DNA from: Neovahlkampfia damariscottae | Taxonomy: Eukaryota | Direction of reading: 5' to 3' | Length of the DNA: 64,000 nucleotides | Assembly (NCBI GenBank): GCA_016618085.1 | Contig: JABLTG010000024.1 | Coordinates: 62,001-126,000 of the forward strand | Part shown: positions 50,003 to 62,462 of the stretch, piece by piece | Numbering within the stretch: position 1 is the first letter of the stretch | Layout: each line of letters begins with the position of its first letter | Notes under the pieces: generated by a model | Told to the model about the DNA's origin: nothing | Database searches by the model: none | What the model saw: only the letters and a program-made list of their open reading frames with translations | Translations under genes and position numbers: made by a program

Positions 50003-50948
50003 TTATTTCGGGTTTAAGCATGCTTCAAGATCAGGAACACAAGAAATTCTTTTTGAAACATCTCCTAAAACATATACTTTTTTTGAATCTGATGAAATAC
50101 AAGCAACATTTTCAGCCATTTCTGATTCAGTTCCAGAAACAACATCAAACAAAACATTACCTAATTTCAATTTCCTCTTTCCTGATTTATAAACTAACAT
50201 TTCACCAATATATCCTTTTGGTATATTGGTCAAAGTATTTTGAAAATCTGTCATCCAAATTTCATCATATTCAGCACCATGTTCTTGTTGTTTTTTTTCA
50301 ACTTTTTTTTGTGAGGTTATTGGTAATGAAGATGGTAATTGAATAAAAAATAACTCATCTTCTTTGATCATACTTGAATCCTTTGATTGTTCCCAAACTG
50401 TTTTTTTTTCTACCAATGATGGAAGACTTGTTGGTGGTATTTTTACATCTTTGAAGAAATCATTTTCTAAATAATCAGAATTTGTCATTTTCTTTTCATC
50501 ATTTGAAGATTGAGGACGATAAGATTCATATGAATCTGTAAAACTTGGTGTTTGATAACCTTGACCACCAAATGAAAATGAATCATCTCTTTGATCTAAA
50601 CTTGATAATTTCTTTGGTTTTTTGGTTGTATTTGGTAAAAATTTAACTTTTTTTTCTTGTGGTTTTGAAGGCTAAAAAAAAATTTAATTTTTTTTTTTTT
50701 TTACTTTGAATAAATCTGACACTTCAGATTTCATTTTTCCTTGATTAATTCTATAGTTTTAAAAAAAATTACTCGTTTTTTTACCCAATTGCTCTTCTTT
50801 GTACATTTGTTGGTGTAAATGTTTTTTTAGAAGAAAGTGATGATTGACTGGTAGATTTTAAGTTTCCTAATCTATTATTTTCAACAGCTAATTGAATTGA
50901 GTTTTTTATTTTTCCTGCATCTTTTTTCTCTTCTTTTTTATCACTCAT
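50003..50948 (-). CDS. RPC4: RNA polymerase III subunit RPC4 (C53)
   Basis: LFFIQLPSSLP, GYIGEMLVYKSGKRKLKLGNVLFDVVSG; N-terminal RLGNLKS and KFLPN; two introns. Confidence 0.88.
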
Positions 50949-50987
50949 CTGTTTTTTGTATGGATGAAAAAAAATAATCCAATTAAA

Positions 50988-52097
50988 ATGCGTGGTGTTT
51001 TCATTGAAGCATATGGAGGAATTGATGTTTTACAATTTTCAAAGGATCTACCAAAACCAACATTAAAAACAGACACTGATGTTTTGCTCGAAATCCATGC
51101 TGCTTCATTAAATCCTATTGATTATAAACTCCGAGACGGATTATTACGAATAGTCAAACTCTATGAATTTCCGTTAATTATGGGTCATGATATGAGTGGT
51201 ATTGTTTTAGAAGTAGGTGATAAAGTAACAAATTTCAAAAAAGGAGACGAAGTTTTTTTAAATTTTATATAACAATTAAAAAGGTGTTCGCAAGAGTCCA
51301 AGGAAATAGAATTGGAACTTTAGCTGAGTATATTGTTTCAGATCAAAAATTTATAGCAAAAAAACCTGAGAATATAACTCACATTGAAGCTGCTTCTATT
51401 CCTTTAGTTGGAATGACAACACTTCAAGTAATGAAATTTTTTTTTTTTAAAAGAATAAAAAGGCTTTTGAAAAAGCTAATTTAAAACCAAAATCAAAAGT
51501 ATTAATTTTAGGAGGTAGTGGTGGAACAGGTACTTTTGCAATTCAATTGGCAAAACATGTTTTGGATTTGTATGTTATTGTGACTTGTAGTTCTAAAAAT
51601 GAAGAATTTTGCAAATCACTTGGAGCTGATGAAACCATTGATTATAAAAAAGAAGATTTCACAAAAAAACTTTCGAAAGTGGATTTCGTCTTTGGTAAAT
51701 AACAACAAAAGTTAATTCTTCAAAAATAGATACCACAGGGGAAGCTGAGAAATCTTTTGAAGTTTTGAAGAAATATGGAAAGTGTTATACCATAGCTGCA
51801 ATGCCTGATTCATCTATAACTCAATCTCAAGAAACAGATGCTTATTTTTTTGTTCCTACTCTTTTGGATGTTCTTTCTGCTAAAACTAGATTTTTAGCGT
51901 ACATGAATTCAATTGATTATCAATACATCTCATTAGTACCAAATGGAAATGATTTAGAAAAAATTGGAAAATATATAAATGAAGGTAAAATTAAACCAGT
52001 TGTTGATTCAGTTTTTGATTTGGAAAATTCAAAAGAGGCATTTCAAAAAATTGAATCAGGTAGGACTAAAGGTAAAAACTGTATAAAAATAAAATAA
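50988..52097 (+). CDS. MDR-family NADPH:quinone oxidoreductase (RTN4IP1-like)
   Basis: [50 protein letters not shown]; three introns; alternative ATG at 50964. Confidence 0.9.
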
Positions 52098-52102
52098 CTT
52101 TT

Positions 52103-52426
52103 TTATTTTAAAATGTCATAATAAACAATAGTCATGTCTGAATCAACTATAGCAAGTGTAATTTCTTTTTGATTCGAGGATGTGTGAATTTTTTTTAATT
52201 TTAAAAATGACATTTTTTCATTTGATGATATAGGTACAATATACATTTTTTTGTTTTCATTTCTTTTTTTTATTGCTTGAAAACAATATCTTTGTAAAAA
52301 ATCATTTTCGATAATTGTTATTTCGTGTGAGTTTAACAATTCAAAATAAACATTAAAGGATATTTTGGTAATTTTTGATTCATATTTTGAATGTTTTTCA
52401 AAAAATTTAGCAAAGGTTTCCTCCAT
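52103..52426 (-). CDS. SEN15: tRNA-splicing endonuclease subunit Sen15-like
   Basis: YIVPISSNEKMS...ITLAIVDSDMTIVYY, matching the Sen15 C-terminal signature. Confidence 0.75.
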   Translation of the reverse strand: MEETFAKFFEKHSKYESKITKISFNVYFELLNSHEITIIENDFLQRYCFQAIKKRNENKKMYIVPISSNEKMSFLKLKKIHTSSNQKEITLAIVDSDMTIVYYDILK

Positions 52427-52707
52427 TTCATGTGTTTAAACAAATTGAAACAATTATCCAATCATTTTTTTTTTGAAAAATCGTTAAAAAACAAATTAAA
52501 ATTATTTTTGTAAAATGTAATTTTTATTTAGAAAATGAACAAAAAATCTATTGCGCTTTTTTTAGCGAATCATTGTGTTGAAAAACCAGCCAATCATTCT
52601 CATCAACTCAATAATCGACCAATTAGATCGATTTATATTAAAGTTTGTCTGAGCACAAAAAACCCACAAAGCGCCCTAGTCTCCTTCAGAAAATTGTAAA
52701 CACAGTT

Positions 52708-53665
52708 ATGAGCAAGAAAGACGAGGAAAAAAAAGAAGAAGAAAAAAAAGCTGGATTTTTAACTCAGGTGAATGAAAGTGAAAGTCATAAAAGAAAATCA
52801 CTTGACAAAGGTAAAAAAAAAAAAAAAAAATGACTCAAATAAAGGAAAATTAAACAAATTATTTGAAGAAGAAATAATTTCAGTAAATGAAGAAGAAGAT
52901 ATTTACTACTATAATTATATTGAAATGTTTGAAGATGAGGATTTTGACCCGTAAGTGAACAAAAGTGATTTTTAAAAAAAATGAATAGATTTTCTTTCAT
53001 TGCATCACTTCCACCTTTAGATGACCCATATATCAAAAAACCGCCAAGAGCTAAATTTGAACAGAAAGATAAAACTAAAATGACACTTGTATTAGATTTA
53101 GATGAAACTCTTGTTCATTGTAGTACAGAACCTTTGAGTGGATCTGATTTAGTATTTCCTGTTGTTTTTAATGGTGTGGAATATAAAGTTTTTGTACGTA
53201 AAAGACCGGGTTTTGAAGATTTTTTAAAAGAGGTTTCAAAGATTTTCGAAGTCATTGTATTTACTGCTTCACAACAAGTTTATGCTGACAAACTTTTGAA
53301 TATACTCGACCCAAAAAAAGAATGGATTCAGTACCGAATTTTTAGAGACTCTTGTGTTGATGTAGATGGAAATTACTTAAAAGATTTACATGTTCTTGAT
53401 AGAGATCTTAAACGAACTGTTATTGTTGATAATTCTCCACAAGCTTTTGGTTTTCAGGTTAGCAGAAAAAAAAAAAAAAAATTTAATATTCAATTAGTAT
53501 GATAATGGTATACCTATTGAAAGTTGGTTTGAAGATAAAACTGACCGAGAGTTGTACAAGTTAATTCCATTTTTGAAAAAATTGAAAGATGTAGATGATG
53601 TTAGACCATTGATACGAGATCGTTTTTCACTTCATTCAATCATTGAAAGATTCCAAGGATTGTAG
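52708..53665 (+). CDS. SCP/CTDSPL2-like NIF (HAD) phosphatase
   Basis: [48 protein letters not shown]; three introns. Confidence 0.93.
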
Positions 53666-53735
53666 AATAAAAAAAAGTTTTTATCACCTTTTTTTATTGG
53701 TTTATTTTTTTTATCGTTTTGGTTAACAGTTGTTG

Positions 53736-53984
53736 ATGTCTTTTCTTGCTGAAATATTTGTTACTGTTCCAATTGTTGTTACACTTTCTTATTTAGGTTT
53801 AACTCAAACAAGATTTTATTATAATGTTTTAAATGAAACTAAAAAATTAAAAGTTGAAAAAGAAAAACTTTTTAATGAAGGTGATATTATGGAAGATGAA
53901 GAATTAGAATTTGAAAAATTTATGGAAAGAAAAAAGTACTTGAAAATTACAAATGAAAAGCAAACAAAGAATATCAAGTTTTAG
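53736..53984 (+). CDS. Small membrane-anchored hypothetical protein (may extend via an intron to ~54150)
   Basis: N-terminal hydrophobic helix followed by a charged coiled-coil-like segment. Confidence 0.45.
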   Translation: MSFLAEIFVTVPIVVTLSYLGLTQTRFYYNVLNETKKLKVEKEKLFNEGDIMEDEELEFEKFMERKKYLKITNEKQTKNIKF

Positions 53985-54428
53985 TCACTGATTTAATAGA
54001 AGAGATTTGTGAAAAATAGAATGGATTTGATTAGAAAATGTTCTTTGATCTACCTATCATTTCAGTTTCATCAAAATGAACAAACTTTAAATTGATGATC
54101 TGATGAAAAGAATCTCAAGAAAGACTTGAAAAAGGAGGAAAAAAAATGTTGATTTTCATCAATTCAATCTGATTCGGAAATGAAGTGATGTTCAGTTATT
54201 TTTAAAATGTGCTCATTTTCTTGATTGGAGATAAATTATCAATTTAAATTATTATTAGAACTGCTCACATTTTTATGATTTGTTCACTGATTTCCATTGT
54301 CGGACATCAATCGTTGGAAGATTTATTTTTCACCAACTTCGTCATTGGAATGTCCATAAAAAGGAAAATGACATTGATTGGTTAATTTATTTATAGAGAA
54401 GTCATTCAATTCCAACGTTTATCAAATC

Positions 54429-55973
54429 ATGGAAGAACTGATATCAGCTCCTTCTGTTAGTCAAGTGCATTTATCACCCAAAATGACTAAAAAAGAATTA
54501 AAAACTTACAAAACTACCAAAGGATACACTGTAGAAGAGCTCAACCAAAAAAAACAAACAGTTTTATGTAAGAACAACTTTTGTTTTCATTTTTTTTCAA
54601 AGGTTTTTTAAAACCTCTAACTTATCCAACAAACCGTTCAGCTGTCAATGAACTTTTAGTTTTGTCACTTGAGCTGTCAAGTCTTCAACAAATAAGTTTG
54701 GTTTTCATTTTTAGTGAAAGGGCTAATACAGTCTTGATGATACTACAGAAATACAATTTAGCTGAGAAGATAAACTTTATTGCTGACCCTAATTTAAAAA
54801 TGCATGATGCCTTCCAAGTGACAAAAAAATTCAATAAATTCACTGAAAGTAATGAAAGGAATACCCATGTCTATTATTTAAAATCAAATGAAATTAAGAA
54901 TCACATACAGTTTGGAAGAGAACTACCGTAAGTTTTTTTTTATTTAAAAATTTCCAAAGAATTGATGAAATAAAAAGTTTCATAACTTTAGACACCAGTA
55001 CAAAAAAAAGAAGAAAAAGAACAACAAAAGAAGTGGATTTTATTCAAAATTCTCATTATCCATACCTGAATTTAGCACCAAAGTCACCTTCTGCTTTTAC
55101 AGCTATCAAAAGTTTATTTTGCTCTCCAAGAAGAAGTTCATCAACAAATTCATCTTTTGGAGCTTTGTCAAGTGAAATGTTTGATATGGATGATATCAGT
55201 GACAGTTCAACAAATACATCAAGAAACTCAATGTCCTTTATAAAAAAACCTTTCAAAACTCATTTGAGTGATTCAAAACAATCAAGCGAACGAAGTCCAT
55301 TCAATTGGAAACGGAAAAATTCAGGTTCTGTTGATTTGGGTATCACACGACCAAATTCACAAAAAAGTTTGACATCACCAAGAGACTTTCAAAATAATCG
55401 AGCAAATTCTATTGTAGATTCACTTTTTAGTTCTCCAAAATCACCTTTAAAATGGGGTTCTTCAGATGAAAGAAGAAATTCAAATTTTTTCAAGCTTTCA
55501 AAAACATCTTTTAAAACAAAAGAAACTTCAGAAAGTACCACAAAACTAGTTACACTTTTAGATGTCCTTGAAAATGATAAATTTAGAATCTATTTCAAAC
55601 AATTTGCTGAAAGTGAATATTCCAAAGAAAATGTGCTCTTTTGGGAAGATGCACAAGAATTTAAAAAAATTGAAGACCTTGCAGAAAGAATGGGTGAAGC
55701 ACATCGAATTTTCAAAAGTTATTTAACAATAGATTCAGAATATGAAATTAACGTTTCTTCAAAATTAGGTATGTTTCTCTTCTTTTTTAAATTTTTTTTT
55801 CAAAAGAAAGTTCTGTGAAAGAAAATTTATTTTTAAATTTGTTGAATGATGAATGTCCAAATGACCTTTTTGATTCAATTATATTTGAATTAGAAATGAC
55901 AAATTTGAATGATACATTTTCAAGATTCAAGTTCACTACTTTGTATCATGAAAATGTAAAAGATCAATTGTAA
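54429..55973 (+). CDS. Degenerate thioredoxin-fold (AhpC-TSA_2/PRXL2-like) + Ser/Pro-rich linker + RGS protein, paralog 1
   Basis: Spliced VLCFLKPLTYPTNR..., LVFIFSE, IADPNLKMHDAF; SP-rich linker; FKQFAESEYSKENVLFWED...EINVS; three introns. Confidence 0.72.
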
Positions 55974-56067
55974 ATAATGTTGTAAATATTTGTATATTAT
56001 CCATTTTTCTTATTTTTGAAATGACATTTCTTAATTTGATATACAACCAATCATATTTCTTTATTTC

Positions 56068-57759
56068 ATGGAGGAGTTGATTTTGAACAGTCAAGCAATA
56101 ACAAATTTAAAAACCATAGATAAAAGTTGGTTGATGAATATGGAAACTATACATCATGAAAATTTAGAAGAAATTAATAGAAAGACTTTTACTTTATTAT
56201 GTAATTTATTTTTTTATTCATTTTTTGAAGGTTTCATGAAACCATTACTTTTTCCAACAAGAATATCAGCTATAAATGAATTACAAAAACTTGTTTTAGA
56301 ACTTGGAAATTTAGAACGAATTAAATTAATCTTTGTTTTCAGTGAACGAACATTCAATTTGTATCAGTTACTTGTAAAGTGTAATTTAGAAAATAAAATA
56401 ACATATATATGCGATTCAAAATTAAAATATTTTGATAAATTTCAAGTACCAAATTTATACAATAATTGCTGTACAAGCAATCAACGAAATACTCATATAT
56501 TTTTTTTAAAATCAAATTCGCTCATTAAAACAATAGAATATGGTAGAATTATACCGTAAGAATAGTTTTACTTAAATTTTTAATAGTATGGATGAGATTC
56601 GGAGTTTTTTACCTCTACCAAAAAAATCAAAAAAAATTAACCAACGAAATGAGATTGTTTTTATTGAAAAAACTACAGCTCTTTTGGCCACAAAAAAGAA
56701 CAAAAAACATCATATTCGAAGAAAAAGTTTGTATGAAACTTTGACTTCTTTCAAGTCAAAACCGAAAGAAATTGCAACAACAGAGAAAATTTCATCTTTT
56801 GGGCCAAAATCACCATCAGTATCACAAGAAAACTCACCAACTATAGAAACGATTGATTTCTTTTCACCAAGATCTCAAGATTCTCATGGTGATGATATTT
56901 CAGTTGGAAGTGAGAATTCAGCAAAATCATCATCATTGTTTGGAAGCTTTAAGAATTTATTTCATGGTTGCAGCTTCGATGATGAAGATGATCCTGTTGA
57001 GTTGAGAGCTGATGATACTGCACCTGATTTTAAAGTCAGGAAAAGAAGAAAATCATTGGATAATGCAATGTCCAAAAAAGATTCTGATTTGTCTTTGTCA
57101 TTCGCTGGATTGACTTTTAAAGCAAAATTCAAGAGAAAGGGTTCAATGTCACATGGTTTGGATGATAAATCACCGAGATCTCCAAGACTTATTTCACCAA
57201 GATTGGCCGGTACACCTGTTGGTCGAAAAGGATCAGCACATGCTCCTAACATCAATTTAAACTTCAGCCCTTCAAGTGACTCACCTAAGAAATCTCCTGC
57301 GACTAAAAAAGATTTAAGGACAACCAAAACAGTATCTCTTTCAATGTTAGATATTTTACAAGACGAACAAAAAAGAAAGGTATTCAAAAAATTTTCCAAA
57401 TCAGAATACTCATCTGAAAATATTGAATTTTGGGAAAGAGTCCAAGAATTTAAAAAAATTAAGGATAAAAATGAGAGATTGGATGAAGCAGAAATGATTT
57501 ATTATCACTTTTTGACACCTGAATCGGATGATGAAATTAATGTTTCTTCAAAACTATGTATTTTGTAAAAATTATATTAAATTACTTTTCAGTGAAAAGA
57601 GTGAAAATTGAATTGTTTGAAGCTTTGGAAACCAATGAATGTCCTATTGAGATTTTTGATGCAATTGTATTTGAATTGGAATTTGGAGCTCTATCTGATA
57701 CCTTAACCAGATTTAAATTTACATCTGATTATTTCACCATAAACAAAGTCAAGAAATAA
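56068..57759 (+). CDS. Degenerate thioredoxin-fold + SP-rich linker + RGS protein, tandem paralog 2
   Basis: LLCFMKPLLFPTR, LIFVFSE, ICDSKLKYFDKF; FKKFSKSEYSSENIEFWE...EINVSSKL; same intron positions as paralog 1. Confidence 0.72.
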
Positions 57760-57955
57760 TTTTAACTTTTAGAAGATGAAACTATAATATTTAATATCTG
57801 AGAATCAGAAAAATTTAGATTTTACAATCATCAGAGGTTTGAATATCAAGAAAAATAAAAGCTGATTGCATATTTGGAAAAATGAGAACAAATGGCTTTT
57901 TCAAGTCTTCCAGATTTTGGAATTTATTGACCAATCATCCTTTAATTCCAAAAAC

Positions 57956-59749
57956 ATGAAACGTGAAGCTCTTCGTTTGAAACCTGTGCACATTTTGATT
58001 AAATTATGCGAATATCTTGGTATAGATCATAAAGGAAATAAAAATAAACAAGATTTAGAAAAATTGTTGGAGGATTTTGACGAAGAATCTTTCTTTACAG
58101 ATAAACACAAAGTTAACATTATCCAAACTCACAAAGTTGAAACTGACTTCGTAGATTTATTTTGTATTGGAAAAAAAACATGTACTTTGGACGTTGTGGA
58201 GGTAGTAACATTCACTTGACCACCATAGAAAAGAATTCAAATTTTAAAAATTTAAACACAGAATATTACAAGTTTCAACGAGAATCATATTACAATTATA
58301 CATCAAAAAAAGCTTATATCTTTGAAAAAAATGAACTTTATTTTTTTTTATTGGCAGAAATTTTTTCACTTTGGATCATGAACTCCATCAGATTAATACT
58401 TTTCAAAAATTGGGTGAATTAGATTTATATGATAAAAAAGAACAATTTAAGCTTATAAAATCGACTGATGAAGATTTGGTATGGCTCATTTCTGACTGTA
58501 ACAGATTATATACGTTCAATATTGAAACAAAGGAATTTGAATGGATCATGGACGCAGATGAGGGTCTTTTTGAACTTGAACATCATATGAAAGTTGATAA
58601 TAAAATATATGCGACTTGGATTCGAGCTGAAATATTTGATTTAGAGACAAACAAGATGTCTGTAATTCCAGAGATTACAAGTGTAAATAGATGCCAAACT
58701 TTTATTGTTGATAAAAAATATACTTTGCACTGGGAGATAAATTTGACATAAGTTCATATGAAGTTCCTGTTTATGATTCTGAATTAGGGATCTGCAAGAA
58801 ATTCTATCTTAGACCACCAGATTTGGCAAATTTATTTTTTATTGAAGATGATTTCATTTTTATATTGGATTTCTACTCTCAGATTATTTATCAAGGAAAA
58901 TTCAAAGAAATTGAAAGTTTTTCATCCATTGTCAAAAAACCACAGTTTTCTGATGTAGAAATTATTTTAAATGGAATGAAGAAATTTTATTCACACAAGT
59001 TCATTTTGTCAAAATTTACGAATTTAGATATGTCAAAGGAGAAAATATATATTGATATGAATGGGAATATATTCATGAAATTCATTGAATATGCTTATAC
59101 AGGCTGCACGGAACTTAACAAAAAAGAAATAGATGAAATTTCGAAACAGTTTGGATTGGAAATTCAAAATTTTGTACAATTTCAAAAAATATATTCAAAA
59201 ATTTATGATGATCAAGAATATACTGATTTTATTATCAAATCAGAAAATGGTAAAGAAATCAAATGTCACAAAATTTTACTGGGTTTTCAATCTGAGTATT
59301 TAAAGTCTATAGTTGAAGAAAAATCTGAAATTGAACTTAAACGAATTCCATATGACGCTTTAAGTGCTATTATCAAAATTTTTTACACTAAAAAAATTGA
59401 AACTCAATCTGCAGAGGAAGTCATTGATTTGTTCAAATATTCCAGAATTTTGAAGAATTCTTCAATGAAAACTTTATTCATATCAACCTTGTTCTCATTA
59501 CTAAATTTAAAGAATGTTTTTGCAATTCACAAATTTGCCATTGAAGAAAATATTTCCTCATTGAAAAAGAAAACAATTGAATTATTAAAGAAGAAATATT
59601 CCTTGAAGGAGATTTGTGAATTATTTTTATCATTTTCAGATGATTTATTTTCATTTCGACTCTTTGAAAAACTTGAAGAAAAACATGATGACTTCAAAAC
59701 GGACATTGAAATTGATGAAGAACCAAAATCAAAAAAGAGAAAAATGTAA
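57956..59749 (+). pseudogene. Tandem-BTB protein paralog 2 with three homopolymer frameshifts (pseudogene or assembly error)
   Basis: Collinear with the paralogs at 39053 and 60597. Frames break at A8 (58171-58178), T9 (58341-58349) and A6 (58713-58718). Confidence 0.7.
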
Positions 59750-59942
59750 ATTTCAACTTTTGATTTCAAAATAAATTAATATAAAGATATAAAGTCTTTG
59801 TGTCAAAAATTTGGATTTTTTTCATCAACCATTTTCTTTCTAGTTCAGTCATTGTTAAAATACGAAGAACAGGTATGAATACTCTACCTTCAGGATTCAG
59901 ATTGTCAAAAACTACACCGCTCATCCATCGTTCAGCAAACAG

Positions 59943-60404
59943 TCAGGTGTACCAAGGAAAATTTAACGGATTATTTTCATCAATATTATTTTCACTTGAA
60001 AAAGTAAAGTTAAACATAATATTATATGCAGAAATTTCTCTGATGAATTTGAAATATTGTTTTGATTTCCGTTCAATTTCTTTATCATTTTGTAATTCCT
60101 CAGATGCATATTTAAGTGAATAACCATCAAGTTTCACTGCTTCCAAAATGAATTGTTTATCCTCTTTTAATTCTTTGGATGCACATTCAAGTGAATAACC
60201 ATCCTGTTTAACTGCTTCCAAAACTACTTCTTTATTGTTTCTTAATTCCTTGGATGCATATTTAAGAACTTCACCATCCTCTTTTACTGCTTCCGAAACT
60301 ATTTCTTTATCATTTTTTACTTCCTCTGATGCATGTTTAAAATAATAACCACCATATTGTATTACTTTTTCGATAACTTCTTGTTTTTCTTCTTTTGAAA
60401 CCAT
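59943..60404 (-). CDS. DUF4116-repeat protein
   Basis: Tandem ~25-aa repeats ASEELKNDKEIVLEAVKQDGYSLKY. Confidence 0.82.
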   Translation of the reverse strand: MVSKEEKQEVIEKVIQYGGYYFKHASEEVKNDKEIVSEAVKEDGEVLKYASKELRNNKEVVLEAVKQDGYSLECASKELKEDKQFILEAVKLDGYSLKYASEELQNDKEIERKSKQYFKFIREISAYNIMFNFTFSSENNIDENNPLNFPWYT

Positions 60405-60596
60405 TGTTATTGGATAAAAATGAAAAATTCTTACAACACTGAACCCAACAAGTCCACTTTTTTTCTAAAAATCCAAGGATTTGATTGGATAACCGAAAAA
60501 TTAAAAAAAAAATTTGACAGAATTTGAAGTTTTCCTGAAAGAGAAAGAGAGTTCTAGGGTATTTGCAAAACGAAAAATTTGACCAATCAATTGTGA

Positions 60597-62324
60597 ATGA
60601 AGTTTGGTTCAACAGAAAATTTGGAAGTGTGTTCATTGCTTCAAATATGTGAATATTTTCAACTAAGTCATACAGAGAATCTCAGTAAACAAGAATTAAT
60701 CAAAAAACTTAAAGAATTTGATGAGCAGAGTTTTTTCAATAAAAGAAATTCTGTGTTCATCCAAGAAGAAATTCAAATTAAAACAGAAGTGACCAAAAAG
60801 GAATTTTATTACATTGGAAAAAATTATATTTATATTGGCGGTATGAATTCAGTGAATTTTGAATTGACAAGGATAAACTTAGAAAATTGTTATTGTGAAA
60901 ATTATCAATTTAAAGTTCAAGTTATGGATCCTGGAACGAGTCAAACTGTTTTACAAATACCAGAATCAATATTTGAGTACGATGATGAACTTTATTATTT
61001 GTCCAATAATTCAATTTTTCATTTTCAAATTCAAGAACATCCTTGGGTAAATTTGTTCTATGATTTATGTGATTGTGGTTCATCAAATTTTGAAAAATTA
61101 TATATGATAGAATCTTCAGTTAATAAAGATGAAATTTGGTTGATTTCATCAAAAAAAATTTCAACATTCAATATGCAGACCAAAAAATTTTCGAAGAAAC
61201 AACAACATCGATTGGGGGCACATCTAAACAAAAAAATGGTCAGAATAGATCAGAGAATATATATTATACATAAAGAAATTCTTATTTATGATTATATTCA
61301 AAAAACATTTACAATTCCAGAGTTATCTCACCTCACAGATTTTGTTTTTGTTCACAAAGAGAAGAAACTTTATTTTTTCATTCAAAATTCATTCAATATT
61401 GAAATTGATTGTTCAGAAGTTAGAATATATGATACTGACACACATTTAATCAAAAGATACTTTCTCAAGAAATTAATCATTTCTGAGGCTTTATTTATTT
61501 CAAATTGTAATTTTTTTATTTTGATGAACGAAATTATTTTAAAAACAAAGCTATATGATATAAATAAGTTTTCTTCAATCATAAGAACACCAAAATATTT
61601 TGATTTCACAATACAATTGACTCCAAACAAATCATTTTATTTTGATAAATTTGTACTTTCGAAATTCACCACATTGAACCTCACAAAGAAAAAATTGAAA
61701 ATTAAAATGAATGAAAATATATTAGAAAAAGCAGCAAAGTTCATGTATGATGGATATATAGAACTCAATGAACATGAATTACAAGAAATTCAATGTTTTC
61801 TTGGGATTCTATTTGTTGATTCAAAACAACATTCCACTATTTGGAAATCAATATTTGAATCTGGTGAATTCTCGGATTTTACAATCATATGCAATGATAA
61901 TAAACAGATAAAATGCCATAAAACAGTTTTAGCTTTCAACAGTTTATTTTTTGATGAAAATATTTCAAACAAAGAAAATCGAATGATTCTTCAAGAAGTA
62001 CCATTTGAAGTAATGTATTTAATCATTAAATACTTTTATTTGAAATCAATAGAATCCGAAGATATCCGAATGGTGATTCGAATATTTCATTTTTCAAAGT
62101 TTTTGGTCATACCAAACTTTGAATTTATTCTATTGGAAAAAATGATCAATTTGATGAATCCTAAAAATTCCTTTGCACTATTAAAATTTGGAAAAGATGA
62201 AAAAATTACAATACTGCAGAAGAAAGCTGAGACGATGATCAAACAGAATTATTCAATGAAAGAAATATGTGAATTATTCTTATCATTAAATTCAGAGTTA
62301 TTTAGCTTTGATTCAATTGAATAA
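60597..62324 (+). CDS. Tandem-BTB/POZ protein paralog 3
   Basis: LLQICEYFQL...FDEQSFF N-terminus; YFDFTIQL...KFVLSKFT; FSDFTIIC...KCHKTVLA. Confidence 0.83.
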   Translation: MKFGSTENLEVCSLLQICEYFQLSHTENLSKQELIKKLKEFDEQSFFNKRNSVFIQEEIQIKTEVTKKEFYYIGKNYIYIGGMNSVNFELTRINLENCYCENYQFKVQVMDPGTSQTVLQIPESIFEYDDELYYLSNNSIFHFQIQEHPWVNLFYDLCDCGSSNFEKLYMIESSVNKDEIWLISSKKISTFNMQTKKFSKKQQHRLGAHLNKKMVRIDQRIYIIHKEILIYDYIQKTFTIPELSHLTDFVFVHKEKKLYFFIQNSFNIEIDCSEVRIYDTDTHLIKRYFLKKLIISEALFISNCNFFILMNEIILKTKLYDINKFSSIIRTPKYFDFTIQLTPNKSFYFDKFVLSKFTTLNLTKKKLKIKMNENILEKAAKFMYDGYIELNEHELQEIQCFLGILFVDSKQHSTIWKSIFESGEFSDFTIICNDNKQIKCHKTVLAFNSLFFDENISNKENRMILQEVPFEVMYLIIKYFYLKSIESEDIRMVIRIFHFSKFLVIPNFEFILLEKMINLMNPKNSFALLKFGKDEKITILQKKAETMIKQNYSMKEICELFLSLNSELFSFDSIE

Positions 62325-62462
62325 CAAGAGCACTGATAGATTGCTCTTTTTTGCAGACTCACCATTAAATTTCGGAAAAATGGATTCCAAAATATGATTG
62401 GAAGAGAATTTATAAATAGAGCAGTCTTTGATTGGTTCAACGTCGTCCAATTGCTCTCAAGA

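Noticed and set aside
60060..60340. ~75-bp tandem DNA repeats
   Set aside because: Explained by DUF4116 protein repeats.
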